A DNA stretch of 64,000 bases from an uncultured bacterium (GTDB lineage Bacteria > Joyebacterota > Joyebacteria > Joyebacterales > Joyebacteraceae): the NCBI GenBank assembly GCA_964596015.1, contig CAZQSB010000001.1, positions 118,023-182,022 of the forward strand. Direction: 5' to 3'. This document shows positions 9,575 through 19,037 of this stretch, piece by piece. The position numbers were made by a program, and so were the translations under genes. The notes under the pieces are model-generated. The model was not told the origin of the DNA. It saw only the letters and a program-made list of their open reading frames with translations, and made no database searches. The number at the start of each line of letters is the position of its first letter. Position 1 is the stretch's first letter.

Positions 9575-11211
9575 GCGGGGATGTCCTCAGGTCCACGGAG
9601 GCCCAGCGCGACTTCGGCAAGGAGCGGAGGTATGTTCCCGAGGTCCAGAAGCTCGTTGTGGAACGCCGCGAGCTTGAAGTTCCGATCGGCGGACTCGCGG
9701 CGCCTGCGGATGTCGAGCAGGGTCCGCTTGCCCATCGTATAGCTCATCGGCTGTGTCGGGGTCCCCGCATACCGCTTGACCTCCGCGACGGCGTTGACCC
9801 GCTCGAGACCGGCTTCCTTCACCATGAAGTCGACGCCTTCGTCGATCGTCATGCCCCGGACGTGCAGTCCGACGTCGACGACGACGCGCGCGGCCCTCCA
9901 GAGAGCGTCCTTGAGCTGAAAGATGCGGATGCGCGGGTCCGTGTAGAAGCCGGCCTCCCACATCATGTCCTCGCAGTAGAGGGCCCAGCCCTCGCCGAAC
10001 ACCGTGCTCCAGGTCAGCCGCCTCAGGAGCCTGTCGCTCTGGTTGGCCCTGACGCACTGCAGGTGGTGCCCCGGGTAGCCCTCGTGGACCGCGGTCGCGG
10101 GGATGGCGTACGTGCCGTGGCCGCGGAGCTGGCGTTCCTGCTCCTCGGGGGGAAGCTCCTCATTGACGGGTGTCACGTAGAACTGTCCGCACTGACTGGT
10201 CTCGAACGGACCGGGAGGCATGTAGGCGGCGTACGGGATGATCGAGCGGATGAAGACCGGCGTGTCTACGACCTCGAGCTCCTCGGAATCGGGGACCCGG
10301 ACCAGCGCGTTCTTCCGGATGAAGTCCCGCGAGCGCTCCATCCACGACGCGTACGCGTCGCGCACCTCCCCGGCCGCCGGATGGTCGTTCTTCATGCGGT
10401 CGATGAGCTCCTCCCACGACGTTCCCGGCTCGATGTCCTCGGCGATCTCCTCCAGGCCCCGCCTCGTCTCGTCGAGCGTCTCGCGACCGATCTCTTCGAG
10501 CTGGTCGGCGTCCAGGTCGAGCATGTGGTCATTCCTGAGAAGCCACTCGAACCCCTCACGTCCGAGAGCGAAGGCGTCGTCCGCCCCCTCCGCCAGCTTC
10601 TCGAGGTGCGCGGCGGAGCGCTCGAACGCTTCGATGGCCTGGCTCGCCGCCGTATCGAGATGCTCCGCGAGGGCCGGCACCTTCTCGGAGACCCCGGGGA
10701 TGGTGGTCCGCACGAACTGAGCTCCGCCGTGCGCGACCTCGGCGCCGACGGTGGCGAAGACCTTCGGGGGGGCGGTGACGTTCTCCTCCATATGATGAAG
10801 GAGCGGAGGAACGGCGAGGAGACGCTCCAGGAGGTTCTCCGCGCGGTCGACCAGAGGCGCGAACTCGCGCGAGATGAGGATGTGGCAGCCCGAGAGCGCC
10901 GTCTGGAGGTACGACGCGGGCCTGCGCTTGTGCCACCTGACAGTGTCGTGCTCGAACAGCGCCGACGCGAGGGTGGAGCTCAGAAGCGCGGCGTCGATCC
11001 GCTCGTCAGTGGTCATCCCTTCATCGGGCAACGTTCTCAGTTCGCCCGCGAGCTCCTCGATGTGCTCCCGCCTCTGAGCGATGCCCTCGGCCGAGTGATC
11101 TCCCAGCTTGTCGTCGTTCTCGTGAAGGCCGAGGAACGACGCCCAGGTCGGGTGGTCCTTCTCGATGGTGGCGACGTAGCGCTCGACCAGTCCGTCGATG
11201 GTGGGGGTCAT
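9562..11211 (-). CDS. DUF885 domain protein (putative metallopeptidase-like)
   Basis: ATG at 11211 is preceded by AGGAGG. The HEGYPGHHLQ motif is characteristic of DUF885. The gene overlaps the M16 start by 13 nt. Confidence 0.85.
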   Translation of the reverse strand: MTPTIDGLVERYVATIEKDHPTWASFLGLHENDDKLGDHSAEGIAQRREHIEELAGELRTLPDEGMTTDERIDAALLSSTLASALFEHDTVRWHKRRPASYLQTALSGCHILISREFAPLVDRAENLLERLLAVPPLLHHMEENVTAPPKVFATVGAEVAHGGAQFVRTTIPGVSEKVPALAEHLDTAASQAIEAFERSAAHLEKLAEGADDAFALGREGFEWLLRNDHMLDLDADQLEEIGRETLDETRRGLEEIAEDIEPGTSWEELIDRMKNDHPAAGEVRDAYASWMERSRDFIRKNALVRVPDSEELEVVDTPVFIRSIIPYAAYMPPGPFETSQCGQFYVTPVNEELPPEEQERQLRGHGTYAIPATAVHEGYPGHHLQCVRANQSDRLLRRLTWSTVFGEGWALYCEDMMWEAGFYTDPRIRIFQLKDALWRAARVVVDVGLHVRGMTIDEGVDFMVKEAGLERVNAVAEVKRYAGTPTQPMSYTMGKRTLLDIRRRRESADRNFKLAAFHNELLDLGNIPPLLAEVALGLRGPEDIPAWTS

Positions 11212-11985
11212 TCTGGGAACCTCCTGTGGAATGAAGTGACGTGCCACCCGCGCGGGAGAGCGACCGGCCCGGGCGGGACAGGGTGCTCTCCAGCCATTGT
11301 TCCACAGGATTGGTTTCCACTCAAGTCATTCCGGGCCGATATATGCCCGCGCCCAGCCCCAGCGACATGGCGCACTCCGCGATCGACGCGGCGAGCGCGA
11401 GTCGCAGGCGGCGGCGCTCCCGCAGTCCGTGCCGAAGCGGACGGCTTGCCGTCCTCAGGCGACCGTCCGGAGTCCTCTCCGACAGAACGATCCGGGCCCG
11501 ACCTCGGGCCCAGCGTGCGTCTCGCTCCCCGGTGCCTTCGGTCTCCAGGCGGACGGCGATCGAGACCCCATCCCTGAGGCTCCGGTTGATCCTGACGACG
11601 TCCCTCGCGAGCGAGTGAGGTCTTCCTCTCCGGCGTGTCGCCGCCTTGCGGAATGCTCCGTGAGCTCGCACCGGCTGACGTCTCCCGTGGTGAGTCCGCC
11701 GGGGGCGCCCGGGCCTCGTCTCCGCACCCCTCACTGCCGCGCGGCCTCGTCGCGCACACGCGCCGCGCCCCGTGCCCCCGGGTCCGCCGACGTTTCGTCG
11801 CACAGCGAAGCAAGCATCACGCATGCCAGCGGGGCCCGTCCGGGTGGTCGGCAACGAGAGGCTCCCGCAAGCCGCCGCCCGACGGGCGCTTCCGCGTCTC
11901 CCGAGACAAGACGCACACGAGGTGTCCCCGATCGGAGACACCTCGCTGATCACTTCATTGTCGGTGGTGTGAACTGATGGTCAGG

Positions 11986-12912
11986 CTAATCTCGCCGCGC
12001 TCTGCGCCGCGCTTCGATCTCGATTCCCAGCTTCCTCAGAACGCCGGCCAGCCGGGTCGCCGTCCTGAAGCCCGTTCCGGCGCTCCTGTCCATGAGCTGA
12101 GCCACTCGAGCGGCGTCCGCTCTCGCGGTCTCCCCCGCGTCGAGCGCCTCGAGCGCGCGGGCGGCCGCTTCGAGCTCGCCCTGTCGCCGCTCGAGAGGGC
12201 CGGCCGCCTGGAGTGCGACCTCGGCCATCGTCCGGGCGACGTCCCGGATGCCGTTGACCGCGCGCGCAACCGCCGCCTCGTCGGGCGACGGGCGCGTGAC
12301 TTCATCGACCAGCCCGTCCGCGAGGAGCTCGGCGTCCCTCGACAGCGAGCCCAGCGCCCTGAGCTTCTCGGCGATGTCCGACGCGCCGGCGTCCCGCCGT
12401 CCGGCGTCGGTTATGCCCTGAAGGAGCATGCGCGCCTGTCCCAGCGCTCCCGCCGTCCTCCGCAGGATGTCCGACTGCGCCGAAGCGCCCTCCCCGAGTT
12501 CCTTCAGCGACACCAGAAGCTCCTGCGAGGCGTGCAGCAGGTCCGGAGCGGCCTCCTCGACCCGAGTCGAGAGGCCCGTCTCGGCGTCGGCGCGCCTGCT
12601 CAGCTCATCGACGCGGCGGACGAGCTCGACGAGTTCATTGATCTCGTCGTTGAGCGCCCGGAGCTCATCGCTCCGCGGGAGGACGGTCAGGACCCGGGTA
12701 TCGCCTCTCCGCGCGGCGAAGCAGGCGCGGGTCAGGGCGTCGATCGCCCGCGTGACGCCCCCGCCCCACGCGGCGGCGACGGCGATGGCGAAGAGCAGTG
12801 TGACGCCGAGCGTGATGAGAATTGTCGTGGGGCGCGCGCCTGCGAAGAACATCGCGACGACGATGACGTCCTGGACGAGGAGACCCCCTACCAGGAGAAG
12901 CACGATCTTCAT
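11986..12912 (-). CDS. Membrane-anchored HAMP-like / coiled-coil protein (hypothetical)
   Basis: The internal ATG at 12912 begins TM helix MKIVLLLVGGLL. A second TM follows, then a HAMP-like segment (RSDELRALNDEINELV) and a long Ala/Arg/Glu-rich helical region. The start is uncertain because the RBS is weak. Confidence 0.55.
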   Translation of the reverse strand: MKIVLLLVGGLLVQDVIVVAMFFAGARPTTILITLGVTLLFAIAVAAAWGGGVTRAIDALTRACFAARRGDTRVLTVLPRSDELRALNDEINELVELVRRVDELSRRADAETGLSTRVEEAAPDLLHASQELLVSLKELGEGASAQSDILRRTAGALGQARMLLQGITDAGRRDAGASDIAEKLRALGSLSRDAELLADGLVDEVTRPSPDEAAVARAVNGIRDVARTMAEVALQAAGPLERRQGELEAAARALEALDAGETARADAARVAQLMDRSAGTGFRTATRLAGVLRKLGIEIEARRRARRD

Positions 12913-13128
12913 CTCGATGGAAAAGCCTGTCCTGTTCACGCGAGCCCCCGTACGCGCTCTGGGTCCGCAGCGACCGGGCTCCGGCTCGGGGTCGTTTCCG
13001 CCGGCGTCGCGCCCGGACGTCCCGATCAGGAGTCGCTGTCCCTTCCCGCGACGCGGCGTTGCGGCGCGGGCGCACCCGTCCAGCTTCCCGGACTGCAAGG
13101 AATATGCCACACGCGGGGGCGGGCCGAC

Positions 13129-13950
13129 TCACTCCTCCGTCGCGCCGCCCTGAGGGTCCTGGGAACCGAGCCGGTAGAGGTGCGTCCTGCGGTCGGTCAT
13201 GATGTTGTTCTGCGGGGTCACCCACTTGTCCCGCGCCTCACTCGGGTCGATCGTGGCGACGATCACCTCCTCGGAGTCCTCCCCCGCCCGAACGAGTATC
13301 TGTCCGGCCGGCGTCACGATCTCCGAGAGTCCGGTGAAGCCGAGCTTCTTCCCGGCCCGCTCCTCGCTCCCCGTCCGGTTCGCGGTGACCGCGAAGACAC
13401 GGTTCTCGATACAGCGCGTCACCATGGCGTCCTGGCAGTAGGGGAGCACCAGGTTCGCGGAGTGACAGAGGATGTCGGCCCCCAGAACGGCCAGTGACCT
13501 CGCGGTCTCCGGGAAGATCCAGTCGAAGCAGATCATGAGGCCGAGCCGGGCCCCGGCCGCCTCGTGCACCTCCGGAGGCCGGTCGCCGGGTTGGAAGACG
13601 TCCTTCTCTCCGTAGAAGAGATGGATCTTCCGGTAGACCTGTCGCTTCCCTTCCGGCGTGATCAGGAGGGACGAGTTGTAGAGGTCGTCGCGGGCAAGCT
13701 CGGCGAAGCCGACCACGATGGCCGCCCCGCGTTCATGCGCCAGCTCGGCCAGCCCGTCGAACGCGCTCGAGTCGGGGGCCTGGGCCAGCGTTCTGGCCTC
13801 GGACTCGGACTCGAACAGGTATCCGGAGACGGCCAGCTCCGGAAGCACGTAGAGGTCCGCCCGCACGTCCGCCACGAGCTCGGACATCCGAGCGAGGTTC
13901 CTTTCCATGGCGCCGAACTCAGGGAAGAACTGAACCGCCGCGACCTTCAT
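13129..13950 (-). CDS. Carbon-nitrogen hydrolase (nitrilase superfamily)
   Basis: ATG at 13950 is preceded by GGAGGAG. The Glu-Lys-Cys triad context is present (VLPELAVSGY, YRKIHLF, MICFDWIFPE). An alternative start lies at 13962. Confidence 0.9.
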   Translation of the reverse strand: MKVAAVQFFPEFGAMERNLARMSELVADVRADLYVLPELAVSGYLFESESEARTLAQAPDSSAFDGLAELAHERGAAIVVGFAELARDDLYNSSLLITPEGKRQVYRKIHLFYGEKDVFQPGDRPPEVHEAAGARLGLMICFDWIFPETARSLAVLGADILCHSANLVLPYCQDAMVTRCIENRVFAVTANRTGSEERAGKKLGFTGLSEIVTPAGQILVRAGEDSEEVIVATIDPSEARDKWVTPQNNIMTDRRTHLYRLGSQDPQGGATEE

Positions 13951-14213
13951 GCTCTCCTCCATCCGTTCCCATCGATTCACACAGCGTACACAAGGTAGCA
14001 GGAAGTAACGGCTGGGGCAATCGCCCGATGCGCGGGCCCGTTCTCCCGTCCATGACGCGTGGCGTGCTTCTTGCAGTACCTGATGCCCGAACACGTCAGG
14101 GATCGGCCCTGCCTGCCGGTTCCTTCAAGCATCTCGGCCGGACGTCTCGGTGGAACGGAACTTGCTTTTCGGGCTTCGGACTTCCCGGGACGAGAGCCAC
14201 CAGGTGGGGGATC

Positions 14214-15020
14214 ATGGCGAGACGACTCAATCACAACACCCGGCGGCGCGCCAGCAGGAATCGCCCTCGCCGCCGGCGCAAGCTCAAGCTGGGAACCGAC
14301 GTCCAGACCTCGTACTTCTTCATGCTCAACTGTCTGCTGCACTCGAGGGTGCACACAGGCATTGAGTCGAACTCCGAGTTCTACGATGAGGACGTCAACG
14401 TCTATCTGGCGCATCTGCTGAACTCGCACATCGACCCGAAGCACCTTGAACGCGCGTCAGAGTACGTCGCGACGGACGAAGCCCACCTCCATCGTCTGCT
14501 CGACGAGGCCCGCGACGACCGCGACCGCTACATGATCTACCGCGCGACCGCCGACTATCTGCTGATGGGCGCCAGCGTGTTCGACATGTTCGAGGATCGT
14601 CACCTCGTCCGACACGCCGAGTTCCACGTTCCGTCGACGTTCTACGTCAGAAGGGCGTCGGCCTACTACGGCATCGCGTCGTCGTACGCGACGAAACTCA
14701 GGCGCGGCCGCTGCGCCATCGCCGCGACTCTCGCCAAGCTGTCCGAGGGCATCGACAGCTACGTCCGCATTCTCTCCTACATGCGCGGCGAGTACCTTGA
14801 CTTCATCAGGCGATACTCGCCCGGCGAGCTGTTCCACCTGGAGCGTTCCATCGAGCAGATCGAACACGACCTCGCCCTGGACAAGATGCGGGACGAGTTC
14901 CTCGACGTCTACAACGAGTGGCGCAGGACCGGGGTGGAGGAGCTTCGGGAGAAGCTCATGGAGAAGGCCCGGCTCCTGGAGAAGCACGACCCTTCCTTCC
15001 ACTTCAATCCCCCCTCGTAG
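14214..15020 (+). CDS. Hypothetical protein with a strongly basic N-terminus
   Basis: ATG at 14214. The first 30 residues are Arg/Lys-rich (RRRASRNRPRRRRKLKL) and the rest is helical. No family was recognised. A good terminator follows. Confidence 0.6.
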   Translation: MARRLNHNTRRRASRNRPRRRRKLKLGTDVQTSYFFMLNCLLHSRVHTGIESNSEFYDEDVNVYLAHLLNSHIDPKHLERASEYVATDEAHLHRLLDEARDDRDRYMIYRATADYLLMGASVFDMFEDRHLVRHAEFHVPSTFYVRRASAYYGIASSYATKLRRGRCAIAATLAKLSEGIDSYVRILSYMRGEYLDFIRRYSPGELFHLERSIEQIEHDLALDKMRDEFLDVYNEWRRTGVEELREKLMEKARLLEKHDPSFHFNPPS

Positions 15021-15068
15021 GACGCCGGGAGAGCGCGCGAGCGTTCCCTGAGTTCCGCGAGCATGAAG

Positions 15069-15098
15069 AGACCCTCCCCGCGTCGGGGAGGGTCTTTT
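15069..15098 (+). terminator. Intrinsic terminator
   Basis: 12-bp stem agaccctccccg / cggggagggtct with loop cgt, followed by TTTT (15095-15098). It lies 49 nt after the stop at 15020. Confidence 0.7.
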
Positions 15099-15125
15099 CG
15101 ATGAACTCCCGTCGGCCCGTCGATG

Positions 15126-15758
15126 CTACCGCGCGGGGATGATGAGCCTCTGCCCGACGGCGATCCGGTTCGGATCGGTGATGTTGTTGGCCTGCACGAT
15201 CGACTGCACGGAGACGCCGTACTGCGCGGCGATCGTCGCGAGCGTCTCGCCCCGCTGCACCTCGTGCTCGTAGCCCTCGGCCACGGACGTACGGAGTGCC
15301 TCGATCTCCTCGCGGAGCGCTTCGTTCTCCCGCGTTACCTCCTCAAGGACGATCTCGAGACGTTCGAGCTGTTCATCCCGGTCCCGGGCCCGGGCCTGGT
15401 CGACGTCCCGGATCCGGCCCTCGAGCTCGATGCCCAACTGCTCGAGACCGGCGCGGATCGACTCGAGACCACGAGAGAACTCGGACTCCATGTCGCCCAT
15501 CTGGGTCGAGAGCCGGTCGATCTCGAAGCGCAGAGCGCTCGTCTCTTCCTCGAGAGCGCCGACGCGCCCCTCGAGGGACAACACCTTCTCCGAGAGACCC
15601 GCCTGACGCCTCTCGAACTCGTCCTGGGCCTCCCAGACATCCTGCTTCACCGCCAGCCCGCCCGTGCCGCAGCCCGCGAGCCCAAGCCCGAGAGCGAGGG
15701 TCGCGAGGAGAACTGCGCACGGGAACGGACTCCGGAGAGCCGGTCGTCGCTGCTGCAT
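15126..15758 (-). CDS. Coiled-coil lipoprotein with a C-terminal LysM domain (occupies the CpoB/YbgF position of the Tol-Pal operon)
   Basis: Lipobox LGLAGC, a heptad-rich Glu/Arg/Leu central region, and a C-terminal LysM ([29 protein letters not shown]...GQRLIIP). Confidence 0.85.
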   Translation of the reverse strand: MQQRRPALRSPFPCAVLLATLALGLGLAGCGTGGLAVKQDVWEAQDEFERRQAGLSEKVLSLEGRVGALEEETSALRFEIDRLSTQMGDMESEFSRGLESIRAGLEQLGIELEGRIRDVDQARARDRDEQLERLEIVLEEVTRENEALREEIEALRTSVAEGYEHEVQRGETLATIAAQYGVSVQSIVQANNITDPNRIAVGQRLIIPAR

Positions 15759-15792
15759 GGAACAACCTCCCGCTCCAGCGTCGTCCAGGAAG

Positions 15793-16329
15793 CTACTGCG
15801 AGACGTTGAAGTGAGCCCGCCGGTTCCTGGCCCACGCGTCCTCGGTGCTTCTCGGGTCGAGCGGACGCTCCTCGCCGTAGCTGATGGTCGAGATGCGGTC
15901 CGCGTCGACGCCCAGGCCGACGAGATAGCGCCGCGCGGCCAGAGCGCGCTGCTCTCCGAGCGCCATGTTGTACTCGTTCGTGCCGCGCTCGTCGCAGTGA
16001 CCCTCGATCAGGAGGTACATGCCTTCGTGATCCTGCATCCAGTCCGCGATGCGCTCCAGCGTCGGCTTGTCGACGTCTCTGATCTGGTAGCGATCGAACT
16101 CGAAATGGATGTTCTGGAACTCGGGACCGGTCGGCTCGACGTAGACGATGTCATCGGGCGCCTCGGCGAGAGGGATGTCCTCACCTGTCAGGGCGGATGT
16201 GTCCTCTTCCATCGTCCCGGGCTCCGTCACGTCCGTCTCGACCTCGGGCTCGGTTCCGCAGCCCGCCACTGTCAGCATCAGCGCCGCCGCGAGCGCAACA
16301 ACAACGAGAACTCCAAAGAACCTCCGCAT
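15793..16329 (-). CDS. pal: Peptidoglycan-associated lipoprotein Pal (OmpA-like domain)
   Basis: ATG at 16329 is preceded by GGAGGAG. Lipobox TVAGCG is present. The OmpA_C-like domain reads [22 protein letters not shown]. Confidence 0.9.
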   Translation of the reverse strand: MRRFFGVLVVVALAAALMLTVAGCGTEPEVETDVTEPGTMEEDTSALTGEDIPLAEAPDDIVYVEPTGPEFQNIHFEFDRYQIRDVDKPTLERIADWMQDHEGMYLLIEGHCDERGTNEYNMALGEQRALAARRYLVGLGVDADRISTISYGEERPLDPRSTEDAWARNRRAHFNVSQ

Positions 16330-16357
16330 CGCTCTCCTCCTTGAGGGCTTCCCCGCC

Positions 16358-17665
16358 CTACTCAACCCTGCCGGACCACGCCGGACTCGTGTAGTCGCCT
16401 GTGCCACTTGTGAGCTTCACCGGTTCGAGATCGTAAATATCGATCATGTAGAGATCCGTCTTCCCTCCTGATTTCAGGCTGTACGCCACGTGGCGCCCGT
16501 CGGGCGCCCAGGACGGGTCTTCCTTGTGCCCCGGCCCCGCCGTCAGCCTTACGACCTCCTTGGTCTCGATGTCGACCGTGCAGATCTGGAAGACCCCCTC
16601 CACGCGGGATGTATATGCCATGAGGTCTCCCTTCGGCGACCAGTCGGGCGACGTATTGTACGAGCCACGATACGTCAGGCGCTCGGCGTTGCCCCCGTTC
16701 GCGCTCATCATGTAGATCTGGGGACTCCCCGCCCGATCCGAGACGAACGCGATGCGCCGTCCGTCGGGCGACCACCGAGGCGACGATTCCGTGCTTCGGC
16801 CGAACGTCAGCCGCCTCGGGTTCGTGCCGTCCGCCCGGACACGGTAGATCTCCGTGTTGCCGTCCCGCGACAGCGAAAGCGTGATCTCACGGCCGTCCGG
16901 AGAGACCGCCGGGAAGGCGTTGAGGCCGGGGAACGACGTCACTCTCTCTCCTGCCCCGCTCGAGACGTCCATCCGGTAGGTCTCCTGACGGCTCCCCCGA
17001 TACTGCGTACAGATGATGGAGTCGGTGCCGGGGAACCAATCCGGATAGATGGACATCGACCCGTCGCGCGTCACGCGGCGCTGGTTGGCCCCGTCGTAGT
17101 CCATGACATAGATCTCCTTCATGCCTGTCGCGTTGGACACGAAGGCGATCCGGGTCGAGGCGATGCCGGGCTCGCCGGTCAGCTGACGGACGATGTCATC
17201 GGAGAGCCTGTGCACCGCGTGCCGCCACTCGTCGGGCTCGCCGGTGTACCTGCGACCGAAGATCGGCTGCCCGCGCGCGAGGTCGTAGACGGAGGCCTCG
17301 ACCGTGAACTCGGAGAGACCGACCTCGAGCCTCCCCTTGACCAGGACCTCGGCGCCGAGAGCAACCCATTCCGGGAAATTGATCGTCCCCTCCGCGCGGT
17401 CCTGGCTCTCCACCTCGTCGACGAACGCTGTGTTCTCGACGAGGCTGAAGTAGCCCGAATTCGAGAGGTCGAACCCCAGCACGTCCCTGACGGCCTCCGC
17501 GTCGACGCGCCCGCCCGCCTCGCCCTCGAAGAGCGGAAGAGCGATCACGACCTTCTCTCCGAAGCCCTTCTGGATGCTGAGACGGACCTCCGGCGCCCAC
17601 AGCGCGGCGGGAAGCAGCAGGAGAAGAAGCGCCGCCGCCAGGATTCTGATGAATGTCGCTCTCAC
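16358..17665 (-). CDS. tolB: Tol-Pal system beta-propeller protein TolB
   Basis: It has a signal peptide, an N-terminal TolB domain, and repeated PD40-type blades (SPDG/SPRWSPDG/SPDWSPKG/SWAPDG). Confidence 0.93.
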   Translation of the reverse strand: MRATFIRILAAALLLLLLPAALWAPEVRLSIQKGFGEKVVIALPLFEGEAGGRVDAEAVRDVLGFDLSNSGYFSLVENTAFVDEVESQDRAEGTINFPEWVALGAEVLVKGRLEVGLSEFTVEASVYDLARGQPIFGRRYTGEPDEWRHAVHRLSDDIVRQLTGEPGIASTRIAFVSNATGMKEIYVMDYDGANQRRVTRDGSMSIYPDWFPGTDSIICTQYRGSRQETYRMDVSSGAGERVTSFPGLNAFPAVSPDGREITLSLSRDGNTEIYRVRADGTNPRRLTFGRSTESSPRWSPDGRRIAFVSDRAGSPQIYMMSANGGNAERLTYRGSYNTSPDWSPKGDLMAYTSRVEGVFQICTVDIETKEVVRLTAGPGHKEDPSWAPDGRHVAYSLKSGGKTDLYMIDIYDLEPVKLTSGTGDYTSPAWSGRVE

Positions 17666-17726
17666 ATTGCGTCCTTTCGGTCCGCGTCGTCCGCCCTGTC
17701 CGGGTCGTCGGTTCGCATCCGCCTCG

Positions 17727-17823
17727 CTCGTTCCGCGTCGCAGCGGGAGTCTCGGCGCGGTCTGGCTCGTCCCGCGTCGCAGCGGGAGTCTCGGCGCGGT
17801 CTCACTCGTCCCGCGTCACCGCG
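17727..17823. repeat. Tandem direct repeat, 39-bp unit x about 2.5
   Basis: Units lie at 17727-17765 and 17766-17804, differing at 3 positions, with a partial unit at 17805-17823. Each unit contains the hairpin tcccgc-gtcgca-gcggga. The partial copy is the 3' end of the TolA-like CDS. Confidence 0.85.
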
Positions 17824-18554
17824 AAGTCGATGGTCACGTCGAGGTGGTTCTCGCGGTAATCGTCCGGGAGGGGCGGGAAGGGCGCCGAGGCCTGAACGGC
17901 CTTCGCCGCGGACTGGTCGAGCGTCGCCCTACCCGAGGACCTCCGCACGGTCACCGGTCCGACGCTGCCGTTTCGCATGATCCTGAAAGATACCACAGCC
18001 CTAAGCTCCCTCTCTCCGAAAAGGACCGAGCTCGGCTGTCTCCAGTTCGATTTCACCTTGCCCTGAACGATCGAGAGGTACCAGGCATACGGGAACCGCG
18101 AGGCCGTCACGGTCGTGCGGGCGCTCGGAGCCTGTTCCGGGGCCGGCTCCCGCGCCGGCGCGGGCTCGGTTCGGCTCTCTTCCTCCGCGTCCAGTCGCTC
18201 GGCCAGTCGCTCGGCGAGGCTGCGCTCCTGTCTGGGGGGCGGCGTGGTGACGATGCGCCGCGTCTGTCGGACAGGCTCATCGGGGATCTCCGGTTCCGGC
18301 TCCGAATCGACCGGCGTCTCCTCCTCGACCACCGGTTCCTCCTCGGGCGGAGGCTCAACTGTCTGCTCCGCGACCGGCGCGGGCGGCGTCTCCACGACCT
18401 CGACGAGCTCGACCGAGTAGACATCGTACGCCACCTCGGGCGTCCGCGTCATCCTCGGGATGAACGGAAGCAGCACGATGAGCACGACATGCACGATCGC
18501 CGATATGACGATGATCCTCGTCATCCCCGCTCCGCTCTCACCTTCCCGTCGCAT
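17802..18554 (-). CDS. TolA-like protein (N-terminal TM anchor, Pro/Glu-rich linker, TonB_C-type C-terminal domain)
   Basis: 250 aa with TM helix IIVISAIVHVVLIVLL, a PE-rich spacer, and a C-terminal fold signature (AVVSFRIMRNGSV...SSGRATLDQSAAKAV). It sits between tolR and tolB. Confidence 0.8.
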   Translation of the reverse strand: MRREGESGAGMTRIIVISAIVHVVLIVLLPFIPRMTRTPEVAYDVYSVELVEVVETPPAPVAEQTVEPPPEEEPVVEEETPVDSEPEPEIPDEPVRQTRRIVTTPPPRQERSLAERLAERLDAEEESRTEPAPAREPAPEQAPSARTTVTASRFPYAWYLSIVQGKVKSNWRQPSSVLFGERELRAVVSFRIMRNGSVGPVTVRRSSGRATLDQSAAKAVQASAPFPPLPDDYRENHLDVTIDFAVTRDE

Positions 18555-18607
18555 GCTGTTCCCGCAATCAGGCGTCCGCGCGGCGCGGCGAACGCCCCGC
18601 CCAAAGA

Positions 18608-19018
18608 TTACTCGCGCGGCTTCGTCGCCATCGCGAGTCTCGTGATTCCTGCCCCTCTCACCGCGTTCAGAACATCGATCACCCGTCCGTACAAGAGGTC
18701 GGTGTCGGCTTTCACCAGGACCGGCGTCTCGGGACGCGCTGCGTGGATGCTGGAAAGCCGGTCCTCGAGCTCCTCCAGCGTCACGCGCTGGCCCTCCAGA
18801 TAGACGCGGTCGTTGGCGGTGACCATCACCGAGACGACCTCGCTCACGTCGATCCGCTTCGGGTCGGCGCTCGGGAGCGTTACGTCGATACCCTGCTCGA
18901 TCATCGGAGCGACGATGATGAAGATGATGAGGAGCGTCATCATCACGTCGACCAGCGACGTCACGTTGATGTCGCTCACGAGCTCGAGGTCGAACTGCCG
19001 CTTGCGTCGTCTCGGCAT
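18608..19018 (-). CDS. tolR: Biopolymer transport protein TolR/ExbD
   Basis: 136 aa with the typical N-terminus (DINVTSLVDVMMTLLIIF) and the ExbD periplasmic domain. Confidence 0.9.
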   Translation of the reverse strand: MPRRRKRQFDLELVSDINVTSLVDVMMTLLIIFIIVAPMIEQGIDVTLPSADPKRIDVSEVVSVMVTANDRVYLEGQRVTLEELEDRLSSIHAARPETPVLVKADTDLLYGRVIDVLNAVRGAGITRLAMATKPRE

Positions 19019-19037
19019 GGGTCCCTCTCGCTACCGG

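Noticed and set aside
11250-11500. Faint resemblance to RNase P RNA elements (GGGACAGGGTGC; GACAGAACGATCCGGGC).
   Set aside because: The universally conserved GGAAAGTCCGG and GGTAAGAGCGCACC blocks are absent, and the spacing is too short.
14338-14353. TGCAC-N6-GTGCA dyad resembling the SOS box.
   Set aside because: The spacing is 6 nt rather than 4, and it lies inside a CDS rather than in a promoter.
17727-17823. Tandem repeats here and at 63712-63780 were considered as a CRISPR array.
   Set aside because: The repeats are directly adjacent with no spacers, there are fewer than three full units, and no cas genes are nearby.
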